From: a virus
Lineage: Duplodnaviria; Caudoviricetes
IMG/VR virus record: IMGVR_UViG_3300035424_000154
Location: 1 to 64,000 of that record
Strand: one strand, 5' to 3'
DNA: 64,000 nucleotides
Shown: positions 18,417 to 27,772 of the stretch, in pieces
How positions within the stretch are numbered: position 1 is the first letter of the stretch
How the letters are laid out: the number at the start of each line of letters is the position of its first letter
Notes under the pieces: model-generated
Told to the model about the DNA's origin: nothing
The model's database searches: none
The model's input: the letters and a program-made list of their open reading frames with translations, nothing else
Position numbers and translations under genes: made by a program

Positions 18417-19394
18417 ATGGGCATTATGGATAAGTTCTCCGCTGTGGAGATCAAGGCGGACAATAGAATTTCTGAGGCGGACAAGGCTTTCTGCCAGCGT
18501 CAACAGGACGCTTTCGATAAGTCCGGGCCGGCGCTCCAAAAAATCGCGGACATGATGGTATCCGCCCAGAACGAGCAGAGCAAAATCCTGGCTGTGGATA
18601 GGGACAAATTCTGTAGTTCCTACATGACCGCTGATGGATTCAGCTGTGACGAGGCTTATGTTTACAAGGCGATGACGCGGCGGAACAAGACCTTCATCTC
18701 CACTATTGTGAATTACTTCTCCAAAAATTACAAAGTGGAGCTGGATGCTCATGCGATTATGGAACATTTGGTTCCAGCGGAGCCTCAGCAGCCTAAACTT
18801 CCTGGCGGTGGATACCGTAACATGAGCGACGACGAAATTGACGCTTATAAGGAAGCACTGGATGCTCACAAGGCCAAAAGCTATGAGCATGAAAAACTCC
18901 TGCGCTCTTTGCCACTCCGTTATGAGCAGATCGTGGACGAGATTTTTGTCCAGTTGGGTGGATTCTCTTTTCAAGAGCAGGCTATGAACGAATTTCTGGA
19001 ACGCACTTGGAAAAGCTGCCACAAAGCATGGAAGGATGATGAAGAAGCGTTCGAGATCAAAAATGACGTTCTTCGTCTGCCCAACGGTTGCTACTGTGAT
19101 GAGAACAAGTGGATGACTTACCCTGAGCCGCGTTATGAGCTGAGCGATAATTCCAAAATTTTGCTGGACGCTTTGGCCTACTACGAGTGTGGGCGTATGG
19201 ATGAGGGGCACCTATGGTTTCCTAATCTCTGTGGATTCAGTAAAACGACGGAGAATTTCTTTGAAATCCGTAACATGAGCAAAGTCAAAAGTATCAGGCT
19301 CTTTAAGAATGGCCGTGTGGATATCAAATTCCGCAGTGCGGCCTATCTGCAAGAGTTCGCGGAGCAATATATGAGGAGGCGGAGAGTTTCATGA
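18417..19394 (+). CDS. Hypothetical protein, DUF4942-like C-terminus
   Basis: C-terminal KSIRLFKNGRVDIKF motif; family from memory. Confidence 0.7.
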   Translation: MGIMDKFSAVEIKADNRISEADKAFCQRQQDAFDKSGPALQKIADMMVSAQNEQSKILAVDRDKFCSSYMTADGFSCDEAYVYKAMTRRNKTFISTIVNYFSKNYKVELDAHAIMEHLVPAEPQQPKLPGGGYRNMSDDEIDAYKEALDAHKAKSYEHEKLLRSLPLRYEQIVDEIFVQLGGFSFQEQAMNEFLERTWKSCHKAWKDDEEAFEIKNDVLRLPNGCYCDENKWMTYPEPRYELSDNSKILLDALAYYECGRMDEGHLWFPNLCGFSKTTENFFEIRNMSKVKSIRLFKNGRVDIKFRSAAYLQEFAEQYMRRRRVS

Positions 19395-19990
19395 AAATGA
19401 CCAAAAAGCAAATTTCCGCATTGCAGCGGATGATCGACCGAGAGGCTTCCCGTATTGAGTGGAAGAAGCAGAACAGGAAAGAGGGCGACCCGGCGGTTGA
19501 GGAAACCGCCGGTGCCCATCCCAGCCATGAGAAGTACATTGTAACAGATGGGTATGTGGCTGTTATCTTTCCTGAGAAGCCTGCGGAGCTGCCCGAGGCC
19601 GAACGCATGGATAGTCTGTATGATGTGATGCGGAGCGACATCCAAAATCAGGATTGTTTCAACGATCATTTTCTGGCTTTGGCCGTCACCGCCGCCCACA
19701 TCAGCGAGTGGAAACAGCAGGCCAAACCGTGGAAAGCTGGAAAGACTCACAAAACTGGTGCTGTTCCCGTGAAACTCACCGCTCAGAAGCCGGACGGTGG
19801 AACGGTTGAGGGATTCTATGATCCACGCTATCTGGTGGATGTTGTGGAGGCTATCGGCCCCGGTGCAATGCTCTATATTGGGAGGTATAGCCGACACAGC
19901 CCCTTCTGTTCCTTGTTGGTGTATCCCAAGAACTGGATGGAGGAACACGATTCCAAGGTTGGCTATGTCCTGCCGCTCAGAATTATGTGA
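19391..19990 (+). CDS. Hypothetical protein (199 aa)
   Basis: ATGA overlap, GGAG RBS. Confidence 0.8.
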   Translation: MKMTKKQISALQRMIDREASRIEWKKQNRKEGDPAVEETAGAHPSHEKYIVTDGYVAVIFPEKPAELPEAERMDSLYDVMRSDIQNQDCFNDHFLALAVTAAHISEWKQQAKPWKAGKTHKTGAVPVKLTAQKPDGGTVEGFYDPRYLVDVVEAIGPGAMLYIGRYSRHSPFCSLLVYPKNWMEEHDSKVGYVLPLRIM

Positions 19991-20004
19991 TGGAGGTGTC
20001 TACA

Positions 20005-20727
20005 ATGACCAGACGACAGATTTACTTTTTCGACCCCGACAAAAATACCTACTATCTGTCCGGGGAACTAAACGGAGACAAAGAGGAGTTTGAGCGTTTT
20101 GGCTCCTCTGATACCTGTGAAAAGACGTGGACGGAAATTGCGGCGGAACTGAGCTGTGTCCAGACTTTGCCCGAGTTTATGGAGACTGTGGCCCGAGTTA
20201 TGCGCTACTACCATTCCTCTATTGCTTCGGAAATCCCCGGTACCCGTCTGATCGTCAAACATTCCCGCAACGATTTGGAGCGGAAGGATGAAACGTGGGG
20301 AATTGTTGCCGGGTGCCCACGTATTTTCAAGGATAATTCGTTCTCTGAATACAGCGGAGGGCAGATGTTCTACAATGGCAGGCCGCTATATGGAGAGAGT
20401 GACTTTTCCTACTCCTCTGTAAAAGTTGGTGACTATGTGACCCAGGACGTGGTGGACGACGCCATGGACTGTTTGCCGCCTGCCTGTATGAGGTCGGATT
20501 GTTCGCAGATGGGCGAACCATACTCCAGCAAATACGATGAGCAGAGCGGCAAATGGCGGAATACCTACGCCACGTTCAGCCAGATTCCCAGCCAGCGATA
20601 TAACTACACGCCACGGGAAAACAGGATTTGGAAATACTGTGGTCACTGTTTCTGTGGCGAAACTGAGGAGCGCGGTATGGATATGCCCATCGTGGCGGCG
20701 TCAAATGGAGGGAATGGCAATGGCTGA
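20005..20727 (+). CDS. Hypothetical two-domain protein
   Basis: GGAGG RBS; C-terminal VGDYV...LPP...QMGEPYS...YCGHCF. Confidence 0.8.
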   Translation: MTRRQIYFFDPDKNTYYLSGELNGDKEEFERFGSSDTCEKTWTEIAAELSCVQTLPEFMETVARVMRYYHSSIASEIPGTRLIVKHSRNDLERKDETWGIVAGCPRIFKDNSFSEYSGGQMFYNGRPLYGESDFSYSSVKVGDYVTQDVVDDAMDCLPPACMRSDCSQMGEPYSSKYDEQSGKWRNTYATFSQIPSQRYNYTPRENRIWKYCGHCFCGETEERGMDMPIVAASNGGNGNG

Positions 20728-20977
20728 GAAAATTCAGATTGCCCTTGTCTACATTCGGAACGGGAAAGAGACAATCTTTCCCGTTCGGGATGTTGACCAG
20801 GCCGTGCAGCTTGCAGATGCCATAGCTGACAGTGATCTCCTTAACGATTCTGTGGATTACAATATGTTCGATGTGTGCTGGTATCATGATGGGGAGATCG
20901 GAGATTCCTGGGAAAATGGAGACGGGCAGGATTTTGAGGAGTATTGGAACCTTTGTCGAGCGGAGGCAACACCATGA
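20720..20977 (+). CDS. Acidic hypothetical protein (85 aa)
   Basis: GGAGGG RBS. Confidence 0.7.
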   Translation: MAEKIQIALVYIRNGKETIFPVRDVDQAVQLADAIADSDLLNDSVDYNMFDVCWYHDGEIGDSWENGDGQDFEEYWNLCRAEATP

Positions 20978-21225
20978 GAATGTATCAAGTGTATGTCTGT
21001 GAACACTGTGGAAAAGAGTCCACAAACTGCGCGGATATTGAGGTTTGTGAGGCGTCTCATATGGGATTGTCGGTCGAAGAAAAACACTCTTGGGACGCTT
21101 TGAAGTCTGCTGCGGCTTATTTTGGAAGCGTTGTAGCAACAACAAATAATGAAAAGACGCGAGCTGCATATGACGAAGCGATTGAGAAACTTGTTTCGTT
21201 TGAGCAGGCTCATGGGATATCGTAA
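20974..21225 (+). CDS. Small zinc-finger protein
   Basis: YVCEHCGK...CEASH; GGAGG RBS. Confidence 0.75.
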   Translation: MRMYQVYVCEHCGKESTNCADIEVCEASHMGLSVEEKHSWDALKSAAAYFGSVVATTNNEKTRAAYDEAIEKLVSFEQAHGIS

Positions 21226-21254
21226 ATCGGCATTTGGAGCAGATGGAGGACGGT

Positions 21255-21641
21255 ATGGAGCAAAGAACTTGCAATATTATCATGTGCTGTAAAGGTCATT
21301 GTCAGTTGGAGGGAGCGGGCGAAACACCTATGGAGGCTATCGCTGCATACATGAGCCATGAGTGTGATTGCCCCAAAGAGGATTATAAAGGTGCGCTGAT
21401 GGAGTCTATTTTGCGGGAGGCGCTATTTGACTATATTGCTACTGCGGATAAGCCTGGTTTTGATCTGCGTCAGCTTTTTTATCAATACGCCCTTCGGGAA
21501 CCTACTTTGTCGGAGCGTATTTGTACCATGTTCCAGCTGGTGAAGGTGCGAGATGATTCTTTTGGATGCACCAATGGATTTTCTGAGAAACAGCTTACTC
21601 AAAGTGAAAAAGATTTGGGTGGGAAGGTAACGATCGGTTAG
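21255..21641 (+). CDS. Hypothetical protein (128 aa)
   Basis: GGAGG RBS; stop in -35 box 21636. Confidence 0.75.
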   Translation: MEQRTCNIIMCCKGHCQLEGAGETPMEAIAAYMSHECDCPKEDYKGALMESILREALFDYIATADKPGFDLRQLFYQYALREPTLSERICTMFQLVKVRDDSFGCTNGFSEKQLTQSEKDLGGKVTIG

Positions 21642-21696
21642 CAACATTCGTCTCCCGTCTGTAATTAAAATAGAAACGATTTTGGAGGTGTTAAAT

Positions 21697-22554
21697 TTGA
21701 AGCGTTTCAGGATTACGACGGGAGACGGTCATACCTTGCGGCTCTGTTATCCTTCACTTGAAACAGCCAAAGAGCGGTATCCGGATGCTGAAATCGTCGA
21801 GGATAATGACCAATCCCATGTGGCCTATATTCAGCGGATGATCGAAGCGGCGGCAGAGTGCCAGACTGTGGAGCGAAACGGATCTATCGTCTATCTGTTA
21901 CGGTTTGAGACTTCAGTTGGAACTTGCTTTGCTATGCTCTCTAAAGATAGCAATGATGGTGTGTGGTATGACCTATGTAAGTACCAGCTATGGAAAACAG
22001 GTGCGGTTGTCGTACCTTTTGGGTGGAATCTCTCAAATCCCGTTGATTTTTGTAAACGGTTTTTATTCCAAAAGGCGGAGTACATTGTGCTTTCCAGTGG
22101 ACGGAATCATAAGAAGCCAAAAGAACTGTGTGGCATCAGGAAATTCGCGTCTGTTTCTTTTGGGAAATGTAAATGCCAACTCTTTCTAAAAGGTGATGAT
22201 CTCTATATCAATCATCATGATTATTTTAGTCGATCATGGAGGCCCCCGGATGATGATATTGGGAAGCCGACAACATATTACTTGAAAAAGTATTTCGGGA
22301 TCATTAAGCCAGAGAAGTTTTGCTATGCGGATTGCTGGGGCGACATAGTGCTACAAAACAAAGCGTGGTTACAGATCAACAACTTTATCCCTATGGTAAA
22401 AATTCTGAACGCTTCGCAAATTGCCCAAGTAGTTTGGGTTTTGATTCGAGAGTATTATAAGTGGCCGTCTTATGAACGCAATATGGATTGGGAGCGCTTT
22501 CTGGAGGACATAGCAAATGTAACCAAAAGCTATCTTGATCGGGAGGTAACATAA
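21697..22554 (+). CDS. Hypothetical protein (AT-richer)
   Basis: Promoter 21636, GGAGG RBS, TTG start. Confidence 0.75.
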   Translation: MKRFRITTGDGHTLRLCYPSLETAKERYPDAEIVEDNDQSHVAYIQRMIEAAAECQTVERNGSIVYLLRFETSVGTCFAMLSKDSNDGVWYDLCKYQLWKTGAVVVPFGWNLSNPVDFCKRFLFQKAEYIVLSSGRNHKKPKELCGIRKFASVSFGKCKCQLFLKGDDLYINHHDYFSRSWRPPDDDIGKPTTYYLKKYFGIIKPEKFCYADCWGDIVLQNKAWLQINNFIPMVKILNASQIAQVVWVLIREYYKWPSYERNMDWERFLEDIANVTKSYLDREVT

Positions 22555-22557
22555 CAG

Positions 22558-24156
22558 ATGGGCAAAAGAGTTGAGTATAGAGACACCTTTGATTTTCGCT
22601 TATTCCCAGAGTATACCTATACAAGAGCGCAGAATAGGCGATTGCGCTTATTCCAGGGGAGGGTTGAACACTGGCGAGCAGCAATCAATTATGCGGACTC
22701 CTTTAACTATCCAAATGAAATAAACCTGCTGTATATGATTGGATATAAACCCCAGATGAAAGCGTATGTAGAAAAAACTGTGAGCAATGTTGTGGTACTG
22801 TGTGCAGATGTTCCTCCAGAATTTTTAGCCGCATATGACGCATATTGGGGGTTTGTCAAACAATACCGGGGAACAGGATATGTGAACCAAGATGGCGTAT
22901 TCTCCCCCGCATTTTTTGCAGAACGTGAAAAAGAGGAAGCATATCGTGGCACTGGTATACTACCGGATGAACTGTATCGGCGCAACGATGAGCAGGCAGC
23001 TATCATTAGTGCTTACCAGCGTATCACAGAAGAATCAGAAAAATATTTTTCGCATTATCTCATTATAAGTAAATCAATCCCTGAATGTAGTATTTCTCAT
23101 GACGAGCTGGATTGGCTTATTCAGGAATACTTTCCTTTTGGCCGAGAACAGTGTGGCATTGGTGAAAAAGCGTATAGGTCTTTGCGCAAAATCGAAGAGG
23201 CTTTAAGGGCTGGATTGAATCGGGCTGATACTGCAAAACTGTTAGACCTTCCTAACGGAGTAGATAGTTATACCGCTTGTCAAAATGGAATCAAGCAGTG
23301 TCAAATGAATCTGAGCGTAGCTATGCAAAATGACGGATTGGTGGATCTGGTTCAGCTAATGGAGGATATGAAAAAACCGCCATATGGATGGGACGATGAT
23401 CCTCATGCGGCTTATTGCCTTGGGTATGCCATATGTGATTATTTGGATAATACATGGATTTGGGACGAGATTTATTGTTTTCAATCTCATAGCGAAACGC
23501 TCGTTAGTGTTCTACGTAATGTTCTCAGAGGAAGTCTGGGACGGAGACATTCTTTTGTGTTGGTGTCAGAGGTCGGTCAGTATCTCTCCAGTCGGTTTGC
23601 GTATATGTTTGGAATTAAGGGAAGTGAGTATTGTCCAAGAGACGCTACAGATGTAAGGATATTGGAACTCTATAAGGATGGGGCGTCTGAACGCAAGATC
23701 GCCGCTGAACTTGGTACAATATCCAATGTTGCAATACACAAACGTATTGTAAAAATGCAGACTTTTTCAAAAGAAGATATGCCGTTTTGCAACATGGCTC
23801 TTCAGATTTGTTCAAAAATTGAGAAAACTACACGATGGCCTGTAGCTGTAATTGATGAACATTTGCACGAAGTCTTATGTGGCACCTTTGACTCCGAAAA
23901 ACATATCTGTATCCCAGTGTTTGGTAGGACTAACGTTTGTGCTGAGCTTTCTTATTTTACAGCAGAAAAATGTAAAGCATTGAAGAAAGTATTGGAGACA
24001 ATTAACACTTACGTTCCCGCTTTGATACAACAAAAGTATGGCACTGATATAGATATGGCGGAGTTGGAACAGGCTTGTACCACATCAGCTTCTGGATGGT
24101 TATGGAGCAGTGAAACTTTTTGGGAATGTGTTGAGCACTATATAAAAAAAAGATAG
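22558..24156 (+). CDS. 532-aa protein with an internal sigma-region-4-like HTH
   Basis: ILELYKDGASERKIAAELGTISNVAIHKRIVKM matches the HTH of 1530-2327. Confidence 0.8.
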   Translation: MGKRVEYRDTFDFRLFPEYTYTRAQNRRLRLFQGRVEHWRAAINYADSFNYPNEINLLYMIGYKPQMKAYVEKTVSNVVVLCADVPPEFLAAYDAYWGFVKQYRGTGYVNQDGVFSPAFFAEREKEEAYRGTGILPDELYRRNDEQAAIISAYQRITEESEKYFSHYLIISKSIPECSISHDELDWLIQEYFPFGREQCGIGEKAYRSLRKIEEALRAGLNRADTAKLLDLPNGVDSYTACQNGIKQCQMNLSVAMQNDGLVDLVQLMEDMKKPPYGWDDDPHAAYCLGYAICDYLDNTWIWDEIYCFQSHSETLVSVLRNVLRGSLGRRHSFVLVSEVGQYLSSRFAYMFGIKGSEYCPRDATDVRILELYKDGASERKIAAELGTISNVAIHKRIVKMQTFSKEDMPFCNMALQICSKIEKTTRWPVAVIDEHLHEVLCGTFDSEKHICIPVFGRTNVCAELSYFTAEKCKALKKVLETINTYVPALIQQKYGTDIDMAELEQACTTSASGWLWSSETFWECVEHYIKKR

Positions 24157-24262
24157 CTGGTATTGGAAGTCTGAAAAACGTAAAGATGGTTAGCAAATCC
24201 GCCTCCCCTTCTGTAATAAGAAGTGGGAGGCATTTTTGCGTTCGGAAAATCTCCGGTGCATA

Positions 24263-24279
24263 GAGCCGAAAATACATAG
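24263..24279 (+). promoter_or_regulatory. 17-bp repeated motif
   Basis: GAGCCGAAAATACATAG before the RBS of 24295. Confidence 0.7.
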
Positions 24280-24294
24280 CGAGGGTGAGAACGA

Positions 24295-27200
24295 ATGAAG
24301 TACATATACCACAATGAACCTATTCCGCAGGAAGCTCGCCAAGAGTTGAACGACAAAATCCTTTATCTGGTTGAACAGGATTTAGCCGCTCAGTCTGGGA
24401 TTACCTGCGAGGATATTTATAACGCATACACCGGAGATGGTGGGCTGCATGGCCTGAAGCGTTCCGATTTTGCCAACTACCATGAATATTCGGAAGCTAA
24501 GAAGGAGTTTGAAAACGGCCAGTTCTTTACCCCGCCCGCTCTCTGCCAGTTTATTATGGAGGCTCTGTCCCCGGAGATGGACGAGACGGTGGCTGACCTC
24601 ACTTCCGGCATTGCCACCTTTGCCAATTTTATGCCGTTGGAAGCCAACTTCTACGGCTGTGAGTTGGACATCAAATCTCATAAGGTGGCGCACTACCTCT
24701 ACCCCGCTGCCAATCTGGAACATCGGGACATTCGGTTTTACCAGCCGGATATGCGCTTTGATTACGTGGTCGGCAATCCTCCGTTCAATTTGAAATGGAG
24801 TACAGAACAGGGGGAGATCATCTCCCAGATGTACTACTGTCTTAAAGCGGCGGAACTGTTAAAGCCTATGGGGATTATGGCGATCGTTGTACCGGCGCAA
24901 TTTCTCTCTGACGACTATATGGATAAGCAGAAGATAGCGGAGATGGAGAAACATTTCTCCTTTATGGGACAGATTGAAATTATGGCCGGCGCGTTCAAGT
25001 ATCTTGGTGTAACCAACTATCTGACGAAGGTGATGTTTTGGCAGAAGCGGATGGACGGCGAAGAAATCTCTGGCGAATACCGTTTGGACTGCGACGCTCA
25101 AATGCACAGCCTGGATAATACCGCTGATTTACTGGCCTACACCAAGGAGAAGATTGTTGCCCCTGCCAGGATGCTGAAGCAACAAAATCGTACCCGTGCC
25201 AAACTGCTTGGACGCAGTGATAGCAATGGCGAGTTTGACTACCAGGTGCGGAAAATGCTGTTTCACATCAAAAAGAACCCCAAATTGGTGGACAAATATG
25301 CTAAGTGTCAGGAATATCTGTACAAATTCCAGCACCAGGAGCAGCCCAAGGACATGAAGGCTGAGGAATGGGCGAAAGTTCGCATCACCGAGGCCAAAGT
25401 TCTGGCCTATCTGCGCCGTGTTATTTGTTCCCAAAATAAAAAGCCGAGCCAAGATATAGTGCGGTTGGTCAAACAGGACGGAGGATTGGTTTATAAGGGC
25501 TACAGTCAAAAGTCACGCAATTCTATCCCAGCTGAACTGAAGCAGCCCATCCCGTTCTATGAACTGGCTTCGGGGCAGGTGGACGCCAAAGGCTATGAAC
25601 TGTATGGGCGGCTAATTCGTCGCAAACAGCGTAACTATGAGCGAGAAACCAAACCGTTCAAAGAAATGGTGGAACAGTCGGATATCGCTCAGTACCTGGA
25701 CGAGTTTACCGTCTACGACAAGGAGAATGAGGAATGGATTTATCTTAACGATACACAAAAGCACGACCTCAACCTTGTTCTTCAGAAGCACTACCACCTG
25801 TTGCAATGGGAGCAGGGCGGCGGTAAGACGCTGGCCGGTATCTCTACGGGCCGATATCGGATGGAACGCCAAGGAGCGCGGAATGTCTGGGTAGTGTCCT
25901 CTGCTATCTCCATCAAGAACAACTGGGATTTGGTGTTCAAGAATTATGGGATGACAAACTATCGGATGATCCGCAGCCTTGCCGATTTGGACGCGGTACA
26001 AGATGGAGAGTTTGTCATAATCACTTTGAATATGCTTTCCAAGTACCGGAAGCAGATTAAACGCCACATTAGGATCAGAGGCAGGAATGTCTGCTTGGTT
26101 TTTGATGAGTCGGATGAAATGACCAATCCTGATAGCAAGCGCACCAAAGCCGTACTGGATTGCTTCCGTCGTGTGAGGTTCAAGCTGGCAATGACTGGTA
26201 CTGTTACCCGTAACAACATTTCGGAATGTGCGCCTCAGCTGGAACTGTTGTATAACAACTCCTACAATATGCTTTCCTGGGCGGATACATTGTACTACTT
26301 TGAGAAGGGCGATGGTGGTGAAGGGTTCTTGAGCTGCACCAATAATCCGTACTATGGAAAACCCATTCCTGCCTATAAGCCTGGATACACTCTGTTTGCT
26401 GAGTCTCATTTGCCGGAGAAGATCACAGTTTTCGGAGTGGGTAAGAAATCACAGGACATCTTCAACGCGGAGGCGCTGGATAAATTGCTGTCCTATGCGG
26501 TCATCACCCGGACGTTTGCGGAAATCACAGGCAAGGAGATCAGAAGGATTCATCAAATCCCAGTTTCATTCGCCCCTGCGGAGCGTGAGGTGTACAAAAA
26601 GGCCGTAGAGGAGTTCTATTCTATGCGGTCACGGTACTTTGCTTTGACCGGGAATAGCCGTAAGGACAGCATGATGGCGCTGATTCAACAGATTACTTTA
26701 CTGTTGCGTATTTCTGCTGCTCCAAACACTGTGGATGAATATGCTGGAGCAGAAGCGCCGGTAAAAATCCAAACGGTTTGTAATATGGTGGAAGAATGGG
26801 ATAACGAGATCGTAGTGATTGGTGTGCGCCACAAAGTCGTAGTGGAGTCATATGCCGAGGAGATTCGCAGAAGATTCCCAGATCGGAAACTGTTTGTTGT
26901 CACCGGGTCTACTACCACCTTGGCTGGACGGCGGAAGTTGAAGCGGACACTGAAGGAGAGCGGGAACGGGATTCTGCTTTGTACGCAACAGTGCCTCCCC
27001 TCCTCTGTCAATTTTGAGTTCGTCAATAAGATCATCATTCCTGAGCTGCACTACAACAATGCCCGGATGAGTCAATTCTATATGCGTTTTGTCCGGTTCA
27101 CTTCTACGGATTGGAAGGACATCTACTTTGTCACCTATTCTGGAAGTATTGAGTCAAATCAAATGCAAATGGTGTTAGCAAAAGAGAAATTGAATCTGTT

Positions 27201-27342
27201 TATGAAGGGGGAGGACGTAGACCTGGACGAGATATACAATCGTTTTGGAGTGGACTATGATCTGATGAGTTTGCTTATGTCTCGTGACCAGGACAAGGAC
27301 GGAAACTTCTACATCTCTTGGGGCGAGCAGCAGATCAGCTAA
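24295..27342 (+). CDS. N6-adenine DNA methyltransferase / SF2 helicase fusion (DarB-like)
   Basis: QFFTP, DLTSGIA, GNPPF methylase motifs; EQGGGKT, FDESD, MTGT helicase motifs. Confidence 0.85.
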   Translation: MKYIYHNEPIPQEARQELNDKILYLVEQDLAAQSGITCEDIYNAYTGDGGLHGLKRSDFANYHEYSEAKKEFENGQFFTPPALCQFIMEALSPEMDETVADLTSGIATFANFMPLEANFYGCELDIKSHKVAHYLYPAANLEHRDIRFYQPDMRFDYVVGNPPFNLKWSTEQGEIISQMYYCLKAAELLKPMGIMAIVVPAQFLSDDYMDKQKIAEMEKHFSFMGQIEIMAGAFKYLGVTNYLTKVMFWQKRMDGEEISGEYRLDCDAQMHSLDNTADLLAYTKEKIVAPARMLKQQNRTRAKLLGRSDSNGEFDYQVRKMLFHIKKNPKLVDKYAKCQEYLYKFQHQEQPKDMKAEEWAKVRITEAKVLAYLRRVICSQNKKPSQDIVRLVKQDGGLVYKGYSQKSRNSIPAELKQPIPFYELASGQVDAKGYELYGRLIRRKQRNYERETKPFKEMVEQSDIAQYLDEFTVYDKENEEWIYLNDTQKHDLNLVLQKHYHLLQWEQGGGKTLAGISTGRYRMERQGARNVWVVSSAISIKNNWDLVFKNYGMTNYRMIRSLADLDAVQDGEFVIITLNMLSKYRKQIKRHIRIRGRNVCLVFDESDEMTNPDSKRTKAVLDCFRRVRFKLAMTGTVTRNNISECAPQLELLYNNSYNMLSWADTLYYFEKGDGGEGFLSCTNNPYYGKPIPAYKPGYTLFAESHLPEKITVFGVGKKSQDIFNAEALDKLLSYAVITRTFAEITGKEIRRIHQIPVSFAPAEREVYKKAVEEFYSMRSRYFALTGNSRKDSMMALIQQITLLLRISAAPNTVDEYAGAEAPVKIQTVCNMVEEWDNEIVVIGVRHKVVVESYAEEIRRRFPDRKLFVVTGSTTTLAGRRKLKRTLKESGNGILLCTQQCLPSSVNFEFVNKIIIPELHYNNARMSQFYMRFVRFTSTDWKDIYFVTYSGSIESNQMQMVLAKEKLNLFMKGEDVDLDEIYNRFGVDYDLMSLLMSRDQDKDGNFYISWGEQQIS

Positions 27343-27352
27343 ACGTAAAGAA

Positions 27353-27379
27353 AAGCCGCCCTCTAAATGGGGGCGGCTT
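27353..27379. terminator. Bidirectional terminator between convergent genes
   Basis: AAGCCGCCCTC-TAAAT-GGGGGCGGCTT. Confidence 0.7.
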
Positions 27380-27382
27380 AGT

Positions 27383-27772
27383 TCAATCATAGAACCTGAG
27401 TGCATCATCGGGGACTTGTACTGGATGGTCTGGGTGCTCCTCGTTGTATTCTTGTAGGAAAGAATAGATATCCTCAATGATTCTTCTTGGTGTGTTTTCA
27501 GTAAGATAGCTGGACAACCGCTCTGGATTGTCTGAGTCCTGATATGCTTCAGATATTTGCATTAAGCAACCTGACATCATATTGACGCTTCTTCTTTTAT
27601 CGTCTGGATCTGTGGCGCTCTTAGCTGACCTATAAGCCTCCATAAGAAGGTCTATATGCGATGTAAAATCTTTGTACTGCTGGGATTTGTCAAAAAACGC
27701 TTTGGAGGCTATGGAGACACAAATTAGGACGATCACAGCGGCAAGGCCGACCCATATGCGTTTTTTCATCAC
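27383..27772 (-). CDS. Membrane-anchored/secreted hypothetical protein
   Basis: N-terminal KKR plus hydrophobic helix; overlaps the ImmA-like stop. Confidence 0.75.
   Translation of the reverse strand: MMKKRIWVGLAAVIVLICVSIASKAFFDKSQQYKDFTSHIDLLMEAYRSAKSATDPDDKRRSVNMMSGCLMQISEAYQDSDNPERLSSYLTENTPRRIIEDIYSFLQEYNEEHPDHPVQVPDDALRFYD

Larger units (their letters stand above)
2354..24223 (+). promoter_or_regulatory. Array of 32 phage-specific promoters GGTTAGCA-N16-TGTAAWTATAGT
   Basis: -35-like box starts at 2354, 3080, 3371, 3823, 4397, 4887, 5558, 6043, 6689, 7059, 7595, 8071, 8605, 9064, 9588, 9990, 10482, 11170, 11564, 12353, 13010, 14277, 14721, 15801, 16057, 16592, 17243, 17777, 17818, 18233, 21636, 24188; spacer 16 bp except 17 bp at 18233; all upstream of RBS/start codons. 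Confidence 0.9.

Noticed and set aside
2354-24223. CRISPR array or integron attC array as explanation for the periodic repeats
   Set aside because: Repeats are bipartite with a variable 16-bp middle and are separated by whole genes; no constant-length spacers, cas genes or attC-type inverted cores.
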